This document shows, one piece after another, positions 19,635 through 29,887 of a DNA stretch of 64,000 nucleotides. Below the pieces are notes generated by a model that ran no database searches, was not told where the DNA came from, and was given only the letters and a program-made list of their open reading frames with translations. How positions within the stretch are numbered: position 1 is the stretch's first letter; each line of letters starts with the position of its first letter. Both the position numbers and the translations under genes were made by a program. The DNA is from Alphaproteobacteria bacterium (GTDB taxonomy: Bacteria; Pseudomonadota; Alphaproteobacteria; GCA-2731375): contig CBDDPY010000002.1 in NCBI GenBank assembly GCA_965232515.1, forward strand, positions 4,704,001 to 4,768,000. The letters run 5' to 3'.

Positions 19635-20780
19635 TTGAACGCGTTCGATTTCATTGTCATCGGCGGCGGCATGGCCGGCGCCTCGGCCGCCTACGAGCTG
19701 TCGGTCCGAAGCCGGGTCGTGCTGTTGGAGCGCGAGAGCCAGCCGGGTTATCACTCGACCGGGCGTTCGGCGGCGCTCTTCTCCGAGGCCTATGGGCCGG
19801 CGCAGGTCCGGGCGCTTTCGACCGGCGGCAAGCCGTTCTTTCTCTCGCCGCCGGACGGTTTTACCGAGCACGATATCCTGACGCCGCGCGGCGCCATGTT
19901 CCTCGGCCGGCCCGACCAGGAACCGCAATTGCAGACCGTTTTCGAGGAGTCCCGTCGCCTTGTCGATACGATCCGGCGGATCGATGCGGCCGAAGCCGTG
20001 GCGCGCGTGCCGGTGCTGCGCACCGACTATGTCGGCGGCGGCGTGCTGGAACCGGACGCCATGGACATCGACGTGCATGCGCTGCACCAGGGCTATCTGA
20101 GGGGGCTGCGCGCCCGTGGCGGTACGGTCGTCACGGATGCCGAGGTTACGGAGTTGATGAAGCCCGCCGCCGACTGGCGCGTTGGCACGCGGGCGGGCGA
20201 GTTCTCGGCCCCGGTCGTGATCAACGCCGCCGGCGCCTGGGCCGATGCGGTTGGGAAACTGGCCGGCGCCGACGCCATCGGTTTGGTGCCGAAGCGGCGC
20301 ACGGCGATTTTGTTCGATCCGCCCGACGGCGTCGACAGCGATTCCTGGCCGCTGGTGGTCGACGTCGATGAAAACTTTTACTTCAAGCCGGACGCCGGCA
20401 AGTTGCTGGGCTCGCCCGCCGACGAGACGCCGGTGCCGCCATGCGACGTGCAGCCCGAGGACCTCGACGTGGCGGTCGCCGTCGATCGCATTCAGGCCGC
20501 GGCCGACCTGCCGGTAAAGCGGATCGACCATCGCTGGGCCGGGCTGCGTTCGTTCGTGCCCGACAAGACGCCGGTGGTCGGCTACGATACCAAGGTGGCC
20601 GGCTTCTTCTGGCTTGCCGGCCAGGGGGGCTACGGCATTCAGACCGCGCCCGGTCTTGGTCGGCTCGCCGCCGCGCTTGCCGCCGGCATGGTCGTACCGG
20701 CCGACCTTGCCGATCTCGGCGTCTCTGCCATTGCGCTGTCACCGGCGCGCTTGTCCTCAGGTCAGAATCGGAAGGAGTAG
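19635..20780 (+). CDS. FAD-dependent D-amino acid oxidoreductase (DAO family, DauA-like)
   Basis: GGGMAG Rossmann motif, HSTGRSAA, WAGLRSF, GQGGYGIQTAP. Confidence 0.9.
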   Translation: MNAFDFIVIGGGMAGASAAYELSVRSRVVLLERESQPGYHSTGRSAALFSEAYGPAQVRALSTGGKPFFLSPPDGFTEHDILTPRGAMFLGRPDQEPQLQTVFEESRRLVDTIRRIDAAEAVARVPVLRTDYVGGGVLEPDAMDIDVHALHQGYLRGLRARGGTVVTDAEVTELMKPAADWRVGTRAGEFSAPVVINAAGAWADAVGKLAGADAIGLVPKRRTAILFDPPDGVDSDSWPLVVDVDENFYFKPDAGKLLGSPADETPVPPCDVQPEDLDVAVAVDRIQAAADLPVKRIDHRWAGLRSFVPDKTPVVGYDTKVAGFFWLAGQGGYGIQTAPGLGRLAAALAAGMVVPADLADLGVSAIALSPARLSSGQNRKE

Positions 20781-20784
20781 GTAG

Positions 20785-22245
20785 TTGAAAGTCTTCATCG
20801 CGACATTGGGCACGGAAACCAATACCTTCTCGCCGATTCCGACAGGCGAGCAGACCTTCGCGGAAACCATGCTGTATCGTGGCGATGCCACGCAGCACGA
20901 CGCGACGCTGTTTTCCGAGCCGCTGCATGTCTGGCGACGCATGACCGAGGAGCGCCAGGGTCAGGTGTCGGAGAGCGTTGCCGCCTTCGCGCAACCGGCC
21001 GGCAAGACCATCCAGAAGGTCTACGAGGGCTTCCGCGACGAGATCTACGACGATCTGCGCCGGGCGATGCCGGTCGACGTCGTGCTGCTGAATATGCACG
21101 GCGCCATGGTGTCGGAGGCATGCGATGACTGCGAGGGCGACCTGCTGGCGGGCGTGCGCGCCATCGTCGGTCCCGACGCGATTATCGGCGGCGAGCTCGA
21201 TCTGCATTGCCATATCACACAGCAGATGACGGAAGCCGCCGACGTCCTGATCACCTTCAAGGAATATCCGCACGTCGATGCGCCGCAGCGCGCGGCCGAG
21301 CTGTTCGAAATCTGCGCCGAGGCCGCGGCCGGCCGGGTCAAACCCGTCATTTCGGTTCACGATTGCCGCATGACGTCGATGTGGCGCACGCCGATCGAGC
21401 CCATGGCCTCGTTCGTTGCCCATATGCAGTCGCTCGAAGGCCAGGACGGCGTGCTCTCGGTGTCGTTTGGCCACGGCTTCCCGTGGGGGGACGTCGAGGA
21501 TGTGGGCGCCAAGATGGTTGTCGTGACCGACGGCGATCCGGAAAAGGGCCAGGCGCTGGCCGCCGAACTGGGCCAGAAGATCTGGGACATGCGCCTCGAG
21601 ACCGAGGGCGAGACGTTCGGCATCGACGCCGCCCTCGACCGGGGGCTCGCGGTATCCGGCGGTCCGGTGGTGATGGCCGACATTGCCGACAATGCCGGCG
21701 GCGGCGCGCCCAGCGACTCGACCTTCATCCTGAACCGCGCGCTCGAGCGCGGCATCGGCAATCTGGTCTCCGGTCTCTATTGGGATCCGGTCGCCGTGCG
21801 CTTCTGCCAGGAGGCCGGCGAAGGCGCGACCTTCGATTTGCGCATCGGCGGCAAGGTTGGGGTCGCCTCCGGCGATCCGCTCGACCTGCGGGTGACGGTG
21901 ATGAAAGCCATGCCGAAGCTGATGCAAACCTTCGGCAGCTCGACGAACCGGATCGGCGACGCCGTCTGGGTGCGGGCCGACAACGATGTCGATATCGTGC
22001 TGAACAGCGTCCGCACACAGGTCCTGCATCCCGACGCGTTCACCCAGCTCGGCATCGATCTCGCGGCGAAGAAGCTGGTGATCGTGAAATCGACCCAGCA
22101 CTTCTATGCCGGCTTCGCGCCGATCGCTGCCGAGGTCCTCTACGTCAATGCCGACGGCGCAATTCCAAAGAACTTCGCGGACATCCCGTACACCAAGCGC
22201 AAGACGGCCTATTGGCCCAAGGTCGCCGATCCCTGGACGGCCTGA
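20785..22245 (+). CDS. M81 family metallopeptidase (MlrC-like)
   Basis: ETNTFSP, HGAM, DLHCH, EYPHVD, DNAGGGA, VKSTQHF. Confidence 0.92.
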   Translation: MKVFIATLGTETNTFSPIPTGEQTFAETMLYRGDATQHDATLFSEPLHVWRRMTEERQGQVSESVAAFAQPAGKTIQKVYEGFRDEIYDDLRRAMPVDVVLLNMHGAMVSEACDDCEGDLLAGVRAIVGPDAIIGGELDLHCHITQQMTEAADVLITFKEYPHVDAPQRAAELFEICAEAAAGRVKPVISVHDCRMTSMWRTPIEPMASFVAHMQSLEGQDGVLSVSFGHGFPWGDVEDVGAKMVVVTDGDPEKGQALAAELGQKIWDMRLETEGETFGIDAALDRGLAVSGGPVVMADIADNAGGGAPSDSTFILNRALERGIGNLVSGLYWDPVAVRFCQEAGEGATFDLRIGGKVGVASGDPLDLRVTVMKAMPKLMQTFGSSTNRIGDAVWVRADNDVDIVLNSVRTQVLHPDAFTQLGIDLAAKKLVIVKSTQHFYAGFAPIAAEVLYVNADGAIPKNFADIPYTKRKTAYWPKVADPWTA

Positions 22246-22262
22246 GCCGGACGCCGACACCG

Positions 22263-23321
22263 ATGCAGCCGCACCCGTCCATGCCGCCGCCGGAGGTTGG
22301 CGGGCGCGTGCCGAACTTCACGCTGCCGCACGTCGATGGCAGCAACGCCATGTTCTACGATCGTGTGACTGGCGGTCCGGTGGTGATGCTGGTCTGCGCG
22401 TCGGCCGGCTTGCCGCCCGCGCGCGCCGTGGTCGAGGGCCTGTCAGAACGGCGTGACGCGTTCGGGCGCCACGGCACGGAGATATTCGTCGTCAGTGGCG
22501 ACGACGTCGAGGCGCACCGGCAACTGGCGGCCGTGCTCGGCCTCGAGGCGCATTTCCTCTCAGATCCGAAGAACGAAGTCCGCGTCGGTCTGCTGGCCGG
22601 GGCCGGTGATCATGGCCTCCGCACCTATGTACTGGACCCGAACCAGCGCATCCTCGCGTTGATCGACAATGGCGATCCGGCGCATCACGCCGATGGCGCG
22701 CTGGCGGCGCTTGACGCCCGGCCGGCCGTTCCAGCGCCATTGCACCTGACGACGGCGGCGCCGGTGCTGCTGTTGCAGAACGTGCTCTCGCCGGAACTCT
22801 GCGACGAATTGGTCGCGCGCTGGCAACGGGATCATGCCGAGGGCGTCGTCGGCGTGATCGTCGACGGGCGAACCGTGGACCAGCAGGTCTCGACCAAGAA
22901 GCAGAGCCTCGATCACGGCGTGACAGATCCGGCCATGGTGAAGCTGTTGTCGAGCCGGCTGGTCGCCATACTGCCGGTCGAGATGAACAAGGCGTTCTAT
23001 TTCGACGTGCCGTTCTACTTCGACACGCTGATCGTCATCGGCTACGAGGCCGGACGCGGCGACTACTTCCGCACCCACCGGGATAATTTGACGCCGCGGT
23101 CGGCGAACCGCCGCTACGCCATGTCGTTGAACCTGAACGACGACTATGACGGCGGCGAGCTGCGCTTTCCCGAATACGGTCCGCATCTCTACCGGCCAGA
23201 CAAGGGCGCCGCGGCAATTTTCTCCTGCTCGCTGTTGCACGAGGCGCTGCCCGTGACCCGGGGGCGGCGCCTGGTGCTGACGACCTTTTTCTGCGATTCC
23301 CGGCAGCGACCGCGCCAGTAG
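22263..23321 (+). CDS. AhpC/TSA-like redoxin domain fused to a 2OG-Fe(II) oxygenase
   Basis: VGGRVPNFTLP...VVSGD...FLSDP...TYVLDPN redoxin fold; HRD...H...R 2OG motifs and YDGGELRFPEY. Confidence 0.85.
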   Translation: MQPHPSMPPPEVGGRVPNFTLPHVDGSNAMFYDRVTGGPVVMLVCASAGLPPARAVVEGLSERRDAFGRHGTEIFVVSGDDVEAHRQLAAVLGLEAHFLSDPKNEVRVGLLAGAGDHGLRTYVLDPNQRILALIDNGDPAHHADGALAALDARPAVPAPLHLTTAAPVLLLQNVLSPELCDELVARWQRDHAEGVVGVIVDGRTVDQQVSTKKQSLDHGVTDPAMVKLLSSRLVAILPVEMNKAFYFDVPFYFDTLIVIGYEAGRGDYFRTHRDNLTPRSANRRYAMSLNLNDDYDGGELRFPEYGPHLYRPDKGAAAIFSCSLLHEALPVTRGRRLVLTTFFCDSRQRPRQ

Positions 23322-23342
23322 GCGCGACGCCGACGTCTGCGT

Positions 23343-24608
23343 TCAGGCCCGGGCGAGCCGAACGCTGCGTTCGTCGATTGGCCAGTGCAGCAGGGCGGAA
23401 ATCACTCCCAGCGCGACGCCGAGCCACCAGACCACGTCGTACGAGCCGGTGGCGTCGAACAGCCGGCCGCCCAGCCAGACGCCAAGGAAGCTGCCGACCT
23501 GGTGGCTGAAGAAGACGATTCCGAACAGCGTCGCCATATAGCGCGGGCCGAAGATCTGCGCCACCAGACCGCTGGTCAGCGGCACCGTCGACAGCCACAG
23601 CAGGCCCATGGCGGCAGCGAAGATCAGCACGCTGGTCTGCGTCATTGGCACCGAGATGAAGACCAGGATCACGACGGACCGTGCCGTGTAGAGGAAGCTC
23701 AGGCAGTACTTCTTGCTGAGCTTGCCGCCCAGCACGCCGGCCGTATAGGAGCCGACGATATTGAACAGGCCGACCAGCGCCAGCGCCGTTGCCGCCAGTC
23801 CCGGCAGCAGCCCGCGGTCGACGATGTAGGCCGGCATGTGCGCGGCGATGAAGGCGACGTGAAAGCCGCAGACGAAGAAACCGGCGATCAGCAGCCAGTA
23901 CCCCCGGTGCCGGCCGGCCTCCGCCAGCGCCAGCTTCAACGACTGTTCCGGCATCCCCGCCGCCGATTGCGGCCGCCCGGTCAGCGCCGCGGCCAAGGGC
24001 GCGACGGCCAGCGTCATCAGGCCGAGCAGCAACAGCGCCGTCGACCAGCCGTAGGCATCGAGAAAGGCCTGGCCCAGCGGCACCATCAGGAACTGACCCA
24101 TGCTCGCGGCGGCGGTGCCGATGCCGAACACCATCGACCGCTTTTCCTCCGGCACCGTTCGGGTCATGGCCGACAGCACGACGGCGATGCCCGATCCGGA
24201 GAGACCCAGGCCGACCAGAAGGCCGGCGGAGACGTGGAACTCGAGCGGCGCCGAGGTCTGCGACATCAGGATCGTGCCGATCGCGCACAGCAGCACGCCG
24301 CCGGCAATCGTGCGGCCCGTGCCGAACTTGTCGGCGATGGCCCCGGCGAACGGTTGCGCCGCGCCCCAGATCAGGTTCTGCAACGCGATGCCCAGCGCGA
24401 AGATCTCGCGCCCCCAGCCGAGGTCGGTCGATACCGGCTGCAGAAACAGACCGAAGGATGTCCGGGTGCCCATGCTGACAATCAGCACCAGACAGCCGGC
24501 GCCAATGACGATGAGGGGCAGGCGTGAAGGGGATCGCGCGGTGTCCGTCACCGTAGTTGACCTCGGGCGCGTTGGGGGAAAGCGAGATGTGAGTCCAGCA
24601 GACGTCAT
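23343..24608 (-). CDS. MFS transporter
   Basis: Multiple TM helices; GAIADKFG motif A; GFFVCGFH; start uncertain. Confidence 0.9.
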   Translation of the reverse strand: MTSAGLTSRFPPTRPRSTTVTDTARSPSRLPLIVIGAGCLVLIVSMGTRTSFGLFLQPVSTDLGWGREIFALGIALQNLIWGAAQPFAGAIADKFGTGRTIAGGVLLCAIGTILMSQTSAPLEFHVSAGLLVGLGLSGSGIAVVLSAMTRTVPEEKRSMVFGIGTAAASMGQFLMVPLGQAFLDAYGWSTALLLLGLMTLAVAPLAAALTGRPQSAAGMPEQSLKLALAEAGRHRGYWLLIAGFFVCGFHVAFIAAHMPAYIVDRGLLPGLAATALALVGLFNIVGSYTAGVLGGKLSKKYCLSFLYTARSVVILVFISVPMTQTSVLIFAAAMGLLWLSTVPLTSGLVAQIFGPRYMATLFGIVFFSHQVGSFLGVWLGGRLFDATGSYDVVWWLGVALGVISALLHWPIDERSVRLARA

Positions 24609-24713
24609 TGCATAGTCTGCGACAAACGACTTTTTCTAAACCCCGTTGTGAGAAAAACTTATCTGACGTTTGTCGGCGCGGGAACGCCGGCGGGTGGTAT
24701 CCGTGCGACAGAT

Positions 24714-24751
24714 ATTCATGCCTTGACATGCATGTTTAAGCATTTTATAAC
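24714..24751 (+). promoter_or_regulatory. sigma70 promoter overlapped by a palindromic operator (MarR autoregulation)
   Basis: TTGACA(24723)-N17-TATAAC(24746); inverted repeat ATTCATG-N6-CATGCAT at 24714-24733. Confidence 0.65.
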
Positions 24752-24757
24752 GATGAC

Positions 24758-25234
24758 ATGTCGCTTGTCGAGAATGTCAGCCAGCTCTCGGACAATCTGG
24801 GCTACTGGCATAACCGATTGAATCGCTTGGTCGAAACCGGCTTCGAGCGCCGATTGACGGCGTTCGGGCTGACGGTATCGCAGTGGTCCGTGATGGCCCT
24901 GCTCTTTCACGGCGAGGCGCGGACCATCGGCGAATTGGCGGACGCCTTTCCGCTCGATCAGGGCGCCGTTTCACGCCTGGTCGACAGGTTGCGAGAGAAA
25001 TCGTTGGTCGTCCGACGCCGGCATGAGACCGACCGTCGGCTGTCGATTGTCGAACTGACGGAAAAGGGCCGGGCCCTGATGCCGGACCTTGCCGCCGCCG
25101 CCGACAACAACGACGCCTCGTTCTTCGGCGTCCTCGACGACGAAGAAATTGCCGAGTACCGGCAGCTGCTCGCCAAGCTCCTGATGCATGCCGCCAGGGA
25201 GGTTACCGACCAGCCGGACCGCGACGGCCACTGA
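24758..25234 (+). CDS. MarR family transcriptional regulator
   Basis: GLTVSQW...SRLVDRL...DRR...LTEKG winged helix. Confidence 0.92.
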   Translation: MSLVENVSQLSDNLGYWHNRLNRLVETGFERRLTAFGLTVSQWSVMALLFHGEARTIGELADAFPLDQGAVSRLVDRLREKSLVVRRRHETDRRLSIVELTEKGRALMPDLAAAADNNDASFFGVLDDEEIAEYRQLLAKLLMHAAREVTDQPDRDGH

Positions 25235-25240
25235 CGGGAT

Positions 25241-25705
25241 TCAGGCCAACGCGTCGACGTAGCGTTGCAGAACGAATGGCCAGCCGTAGGGTGAGGCCAT
25301 GTTCGCGAGATAGGCCTGCCAGCCCTCGCCATGGCGGTCGAAATCGCGATGTTCCAGCTCGATCCGCGTGTGGCTGGCGTCGACCGGCACGAACCGCACC
25401 GCGACGGTGCTGGCCTTGGCCAGGTCCGGCTCCGGCTGCGAATCCGGCGTAATCTGCCAATGCAGGATCAAGTGATGCGGCGGATCGAAGGCTTGCACAT
25501 GCCCCCAGACCCGTTCGATCCCGTCCTCCCGCCGCTCGATACAGCGGCCACCCGTTTTGGGTTCGATTTCAATGACGCCCAGCCGTTCCCGCGACCAGGT
25601 GTATTCCTGCGGCCACCAGGCCTGAAACGACTCGACGAAAAACTGAAAGGCTTTGTCCTGCGGCAGGGCGACCGCCACCTGATGTAGAACGCTGTCACTT
25701 GGCAT
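25241..25705 (-). CDS. SRPBCC/AHSA1-like protein
   Basis: WWPQEY...WGHV..FDPP...W...TRIELEHRDF. Confidence 0.85.
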   Translation of the reverse strand: MPSDSVLHQVAVALPQDKAFQFFVESFQAWWPQEYTWSRERLGVIEIEPKTGGRCIERREDGIERVWGHVQAFDPPHHLILHWQITPDSQPEPDLAKASTVAVRFVPVDASHTRIELEHRDFDRHGEGWQAYLANMASPYGWPFVLQRYVDALA

Positions 25706-25882
25706 TGCTGGGACCTCGGAAGAACGCTTACAGTCGAAGAAAATTAGGCGGTTCCGGGCATTTTCAATGCCCTGCTGCGGTCGCCGCCTCGATTCATTCG
25801 GTGGCATTGTTGGTGTAGGTTGCGCCCGACGGGCCGTTTGAAGAGGCGGGTTTTGCCCGCTTGCGATCGGGGGAGGTCTACC

Positions 25883-26377
25883 GTGCGCGCCTATTTCGTC
25901 AAGCTTGCGAATTACAACCGTTGGGCCAACGAGCAGATCTACGACGCCGCCGCGTCCCTGCCGGCGGACGCCTATTTCCAGGATCGCGCCGCCTTTTTCA
26001 CCTCGATCCACGGCACGCTGAACCATATTCTCGTCGGCGACCGCGTCTGGCTGAATCGCCTGACCGGTGGCCAGGGCCCAAGACCGCAACGCCTGGATGA
26101 AATCCTTTACGACAATCTCGATGACCTGCACGTGGCGCGGCAGGCCGAAGACGGCAGGATCGTCGACGTCATGTCGGGCTTCAGCGACGCGGAATTGCCG
26201 GCGCCGTTCAGCTACAAGAACATGGCCGGTACGCCGCAGGAGAAGCCGCTGATGGTCGTGCTGGGCCATTTCTTCAATCATCAGACCCATCATCGCGGCC
26301 AAGTGCACGACATGCTCAGCCAGGCCGGCATCGAACCGCCGCCCCTCGACCTGATCTACTTTCCCGGCCTCGATTAG
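25883..26377 (+). CDS. DinB family protein
   Basis: YNRWAN, SIHGTLNH, HFFNHQTHHRGQ; GGGAGG RBS before GTG. Confidence 0.92.
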   Translation: MRAYFVKLANYNRWANEQIYDAAASLPADAYFQDRAAFFTSIHGTLNHILVGDRVWLNRLTGGQGPRPQRLDEILYDNLDDLHVARQAEDGRIVDVMSGFSDAELPAPFSYKNMAGTPQEKPLMVVLGHFFNHQTHHRGQVHDMLSQAGIEPPPLDLIYFPGLD

Positions 26378-26388
26378 CCCGTTCCGAT

Positions 26389-27597
26389 CTATTCGTGACG
26401 CAGCGCCGCGATGGGATCCAGGTTCGCGGCGCGGCGCGCCGGCAGATAGCCGAAGGCCACGCCCACCGCGGCCGAGAACAGGAAGGCGGCCACGACGACC
26501 CAGAAATCCAGCACGAACGGCAGATCGAAGGCATTGGTCATGATCAGAGAGGCGACGATCGCCAGCGCGATGCCGAGCACGCCGCCGAGCGACGACATCA
26601 CCACCGCCTCTATCAGGAACTGCATCAGGACTTCCCGCTGCAGGGCGCCGATGGCCAGGCGAATCCCGATCTCGCGGGTCCGCTCGGTGACGGACACCAG
26701 CATGATGTTCATGATGCCGACGCCACCCACCACCAGGCTGACGGCGGCGACGGCGCCCAGCAGGGCGGTCAGCACATTCGCGGCGCCGGCGACGGTATTG
26801 GCGATCTCCTTCATATCCAGGACGAAGAAGTCGTCATCCTCAAGGGCGGTGATATGGCGGCGTTCCCGCAAAAGATGCTCGATCTCCCGGCGCGCCGCCT
26901 CGGTCGATGCGCCCTCCCGGATCGCAATACGGATCGAGCTAATGTCCAGGTTGCCGGCGATACGGCGCTGGAACATGCGCAGCGGCACCAGGATCAGATC
27001 GTCCTGATCGGCGCCCATCGTTGACTGGCCCTTCGCCGTCAGCACCCCGATCACCTGGCACGACAGCCGTTGCAGCCGGATCCGAGCGCTCACCGGGTCC
27101 TGCGCACCGAACAGCTCGTTCCTCACCGTCGCGCCGATAATGCATGCGGCCTTGCCGGATCGCAGCTCGCCGATATGGAACGCCCGGCCGCTTTCAAGCC
27201 GCCAGTTCTGCGCCTGCAGATAGGCGTTGGTGGTCCCGGTGACGGATGTGCCCCAGTTCTCGGTGCCGTAGATGGCGACCGTGGCGCGCGAGGCCGAAGG
27301 CGCGACGGCATTAGCGGACGTGATTTGCTGCGCGATCGCCTCGACATCGGCCAGGTCGAAGGCATCGGCACCGAAAGAGGACCGGCCAGGCCCCCGTCGC
27401 TGACCCGGCACGGCGATCAGGAGGTTGCTGCCCAGCTTCTCGATATCGGACGTGACCTTGACCGTCGCCCCGCTGCCGACCGTGACCATGACGATGACCG
27501 CGGCGACACCGATGACGATCCCCAGCATGGTCAGGAACGATCGCACGGCATTGCGGCGGATTTCCCGCAGCGCGATCAGCAGGGCGTTTCCCAGCAT
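26389..27597 (-). CDS. MacB/FtsX-type ABC transporter permease
   Basis: RSFLTMLGIVIGV, GGVGIMNIMLVSVTERTREIGIR, PARRAANLDPIAALRHE. Confidence 0.93.
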   Translation of the reverse strand: MLGNALLIALREIRRNAVRSFLTMLGIVIGVAAVIVMVTVGSGATVKVTSDIEKLGSNLLIAVPGQRRGPGRSSFGADAFDLADVEAIAQQITSANAVAPSASRATVAIYGTENWGTSVTGTTNAYLQAQNWRLESGRAFHIGELRSGKAACIIGATVRNELFGAQDPVSARIRLQRLSCQVIGVLTAKGQSTMGADQDDLILVPLRMFQRRIAGNLDISSIRIAIREGASTEAARREIEHLLRERRHITALEDDDFFVLDMKEIANTVAGAANVLTALLGAVAAVSLVVGGVGIMNIMLVSVTERTREIGIRLAIGALQREVLMQFLIEAVVMSSLGGVLGIALAIVASLIMTNAFDLPFVLDFWVVVAAFLFSAAVGVAFGYLPARRAANLDPIAALRHE

Positions 27598-28334
27598 CAG
27601 GCGGCCGCCGTGCGCCGCTCGTCGGCCTGAACCTGACCGTCGAGGAAACGCACGATGCGTTTCGCATAGGCGGCCATGTCTTCCTCGTGCGTGACCATGA
27701 CCACCGTGACGCCCTGCGTGCGATTGATGTCGACCAGCAACTGCAGAATTTCGTGGCTGCGCGCGGTGTCGAGATTGCCGGTCGGCTCGTCGGCGAACAG
27801 CACGCTGGGCCGGGTAACGATCGCCCGGGCGATCGCCACCCGTTGCTGCTGGCCGCCCGACAGCTCGGCCGGCGAATGGCCGTGCCGGTCCTTCAATCCG
27901 ACGGCCTCGAGCGCCGCCAGCGCGGCCGCGCGCCGGGCGCGCGCCCGCAGCCCGCGATAAAGCATTGGCAGCTCGACGTTTTCGACCGCCGATGCGCGGT
28001 TCAGCAGATGGTAGCCCTGGAACACGAAACCGAAATAGTACCGGCGCAACAGCGCCCGCTGGCGCTGCGACAGCCGGCAGACATCGACGCCCTTGAATTC
28101 GTAAATGCCCGTTGTCGCCGTATCGAGGCAGCCCAAGATGTTCATGCTGGTGGATTTGCCCGATCCGCTCGGCCCCATGACGGCGACGAACTCGCCATCG
28201 TCGATCCGCAGATCGACACCGGCCAGCGCCCGCACGGCGGCATCGTTGGCGCCATACACGCGGGTGACCCGCTCGAGCCGTATCAGCGGTTGCGCCGGCC
28301 GGACGCGCAGGCCGGTCGGCTCGATGCGCTTCAC
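27597..28334 (-). CDS. ABC transporter ATP-binding protein (MacB/LolD-type)
   Basis: [31 protein letters not shown]. Confidence 0.95.
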   Translation of the reverse strand: MKRIEPTGLRVRPAQPLIRLERVTRVYGANDAAVRALAGVDLRIDDGEFVAVMGPSGSGKSTSMNILGCLDTATTGIYEFKGVDVCRLSQRQRALLRRYYFGFVFQGYHLLNRASAVENVELPMLYRGLRARARRAAALAALEAVGLKDRHGHSPAELSGGQQQRVAIARAIVTRPSVLFADEPTGNLDTARSHEILQLLVDINRTQGVTVVMVTHEEDMAAYAKRIVRFLDGQVQADERRTAAA

Positions 28335-29650
28335 GGCGCGGTCCGGCCGGCGTCAATGATCAGTTGATCGCCGTCCTGCAGTTCGCCGGCGACGACCGCG
28401 GTCAGGCGGCCATCGCTGGCCCCGGTCCTGACCGATACGGGGACCGCCCGGTCAGCCCGCAGCACCCAGACCGTTTTCCAGCCGTCGGCCGCCGGTCTGG
28501 CAGCTTGGTCCTGGCTCGACGGCCGCGCCGCGTCCGCGCGTGGCCGCATCATTGCGAAAAGGCCGTTGCTTTCCGGCCTCGTCATCGACTCATCGGGTGT
28601 GAAGCGAAGCGCGGCGTTGGGCGCCAGCAGCGCGTCCTCGACCTTGCTTACCGTGATTTCCGCCGTCGCCGTCATGCCGGGCCGCAACGACAGCGCGGCA
28701 TTGTCGACGGCAAGCACCGCTTCGTAGCTCACGACGCCATCGACGGTCTGCGGCGCGAAGCGCATCTCGGTGATCGCCGCCGCGAAAGTCCGTGCCGGAT
28801 AGGCATCGACCGTGAAAAGCGCGCGCTGACCGACCGCGACCTCGCCGACATCGGCTTCATCGACGTCGACATGCAGCTGCATGCGTGTCAGGTCCTCGGC
28901 GATGGTGAACAGGTGCGGCGTCTGGTAGGTCGCGGCCACGGTCTGTCCCGGCTCGATCCGGCGGTCGAGGACGACGCCGTCGATCGGCGATCGGATCGTC
29001 GCCTTGGCCAGGTTGGTCTCGTCGCTCTGCAGTTGGGCCTGCGCCTCGCTGACTTCGGCGCGCGCCAGCGCCAACGTCGCCGTCGCCCGGTCGAAGGCGG
29101 CCTTGTCGATGTCCAGTTCGGTCTCGGATTTCCAGTTCTGGCTGACCAGTTGCGCCGTGCGCGCGTAGGCGCGTTCGGTCTCGGTGACGGTCGCCCGGGC
29201 CTGCAGCACCCTTGCCTCGGCCGCCGCCAGCAGCGCGCGCGACCGTTGAACCTGGGCCGTCAGCCGATCGCTGTCCAGTGTGGCGATGACTTGGCCGCTG
29301 GCGACCCGGTCGTTGTAGTCCGCGTTCACCGTCGCGATGATGCCCGACAGCTCGCTGCCGACCTCGACCTGATTGACCGCCTCCAGGTTGCCGGTCGCCG
29401 TCACGGTAACCGTCAGGTTGCCGCGCACGGCCGGCTGGGTCAGATAACCGGGATCGTCGCCGTCGGAGAAATGGCGCCATCCCGCAAGCGCGCCCAAAAT
29501 GGCGACGATCAGCGCCGCTGCGATCAGGAAGCGTCGACCAGGGCTCGCCCTGCCGCCGGCCGACTCCAGTTCCAGCCTGCGCGCGATCTCGGCATCGTCG
29601 GCCGCCCTGTCGCCGGAGTCGCCGACGCGCTGTCTCGCCTCGACATTCAT
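28331..29650 (-). CDS. periplasmic adaptor (MacA-like membrane fusion protein)
   Basis: VEVGSELSG, IRSPIDGVV, VDEADVG, LRPGMTA. Confidence 0.92.
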   Translation of the reverse strand: MNVEARQRVGDSGDRAADDAEIARRLELESAGGRASPGRRFLIAAALIVAILGALAGWRHFSDGDDPGYLTQPAVRGNLTVTVTATGNLEAVNQVEVGSELSGIIATVNADYNDRVASGQVIATLDSDRLTAQVQRSRALLAAAEARVLQARATVTETERAYARTAQLVSQNWKSETELDIDKAAFDRATATLALARAEVSEAQAQLQSDETNLAKATIRSPIDGVVLDRRIEPGQTVAATYQTPHLFTIAEDLTRMQLHVDVDEADVGEVAVGQRALFTVDAYPARTFAAAITEMRFAPQTVDGVVSYEAVLAVDNAALSLRPGMTATAEITVSKVEDALLAPNAALRFTPDESMTRPESNGLFAMMRPRADAARPSSQDQAARPAADGWKTVWVLRADRAVPVSVRTGASDGRLTAVVAGELQDGDQLIIDAGRTAP

Positions 29651-29706
29651 GCCCAATCCTCCATGCGGCGCCCAACATCTCCGGCCGCATACCCCATCAA
29701 TGCAGT

Positions 29707-29733
29707 TTGAACGTCGAAGCGTCCGTATTCCGG
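29707..29733 (-). promoter_or_regulatory. ECF-type promoter (CGGA-N15-CGTT) for the macA-like operon
   Basis: Minus strand CCGGAATACGGACGCTTCGACGTTCAA; same motif at three other sites in the locus. Confidence 0.55.
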
Positions 29734-29818
29734 TGCTGGGATAGGCGGCCCCGGCCCGGGAAATCCGCCACTCCGCGTCGCAAATTCCTGATCATCGAAA
29801 AAACTTCCCGCTGGACGC

Positions 29819-29846
29819 CGGAAAGAGGGCTCGCGTGCCGTTTCAA
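29819..29846 (+). promoter_or_regulatory. ECF-type promoter (CGGA-N16-CGTT) for the EF-hand/sigma operon
   Basis: CGGAAAGAGGGCTCGCGTGCCGTTTCAA. Confidence 0.5.
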
Positions 29847-29887
29847 GATCGGTCGATGGCGTGACGGCGCCGCAAAGGAGAACGCAA

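Noticed and set aside
21207-22262. N-terminal extension of the 704-aa ORF; similar extensions at 26389-28356, 5424-5660 and 25706-26308
   Set aside because: They overlap real genes in another frame; the true starts lie downstream, so these are not fusions or frameshifts
25751-25765. GTTC-N7-TTTC LexA-like box upstream of the DinB-family gene
   Set aside because: One half-site is mismatched and this DinB family is not necessarily SOS-regulated; too weak
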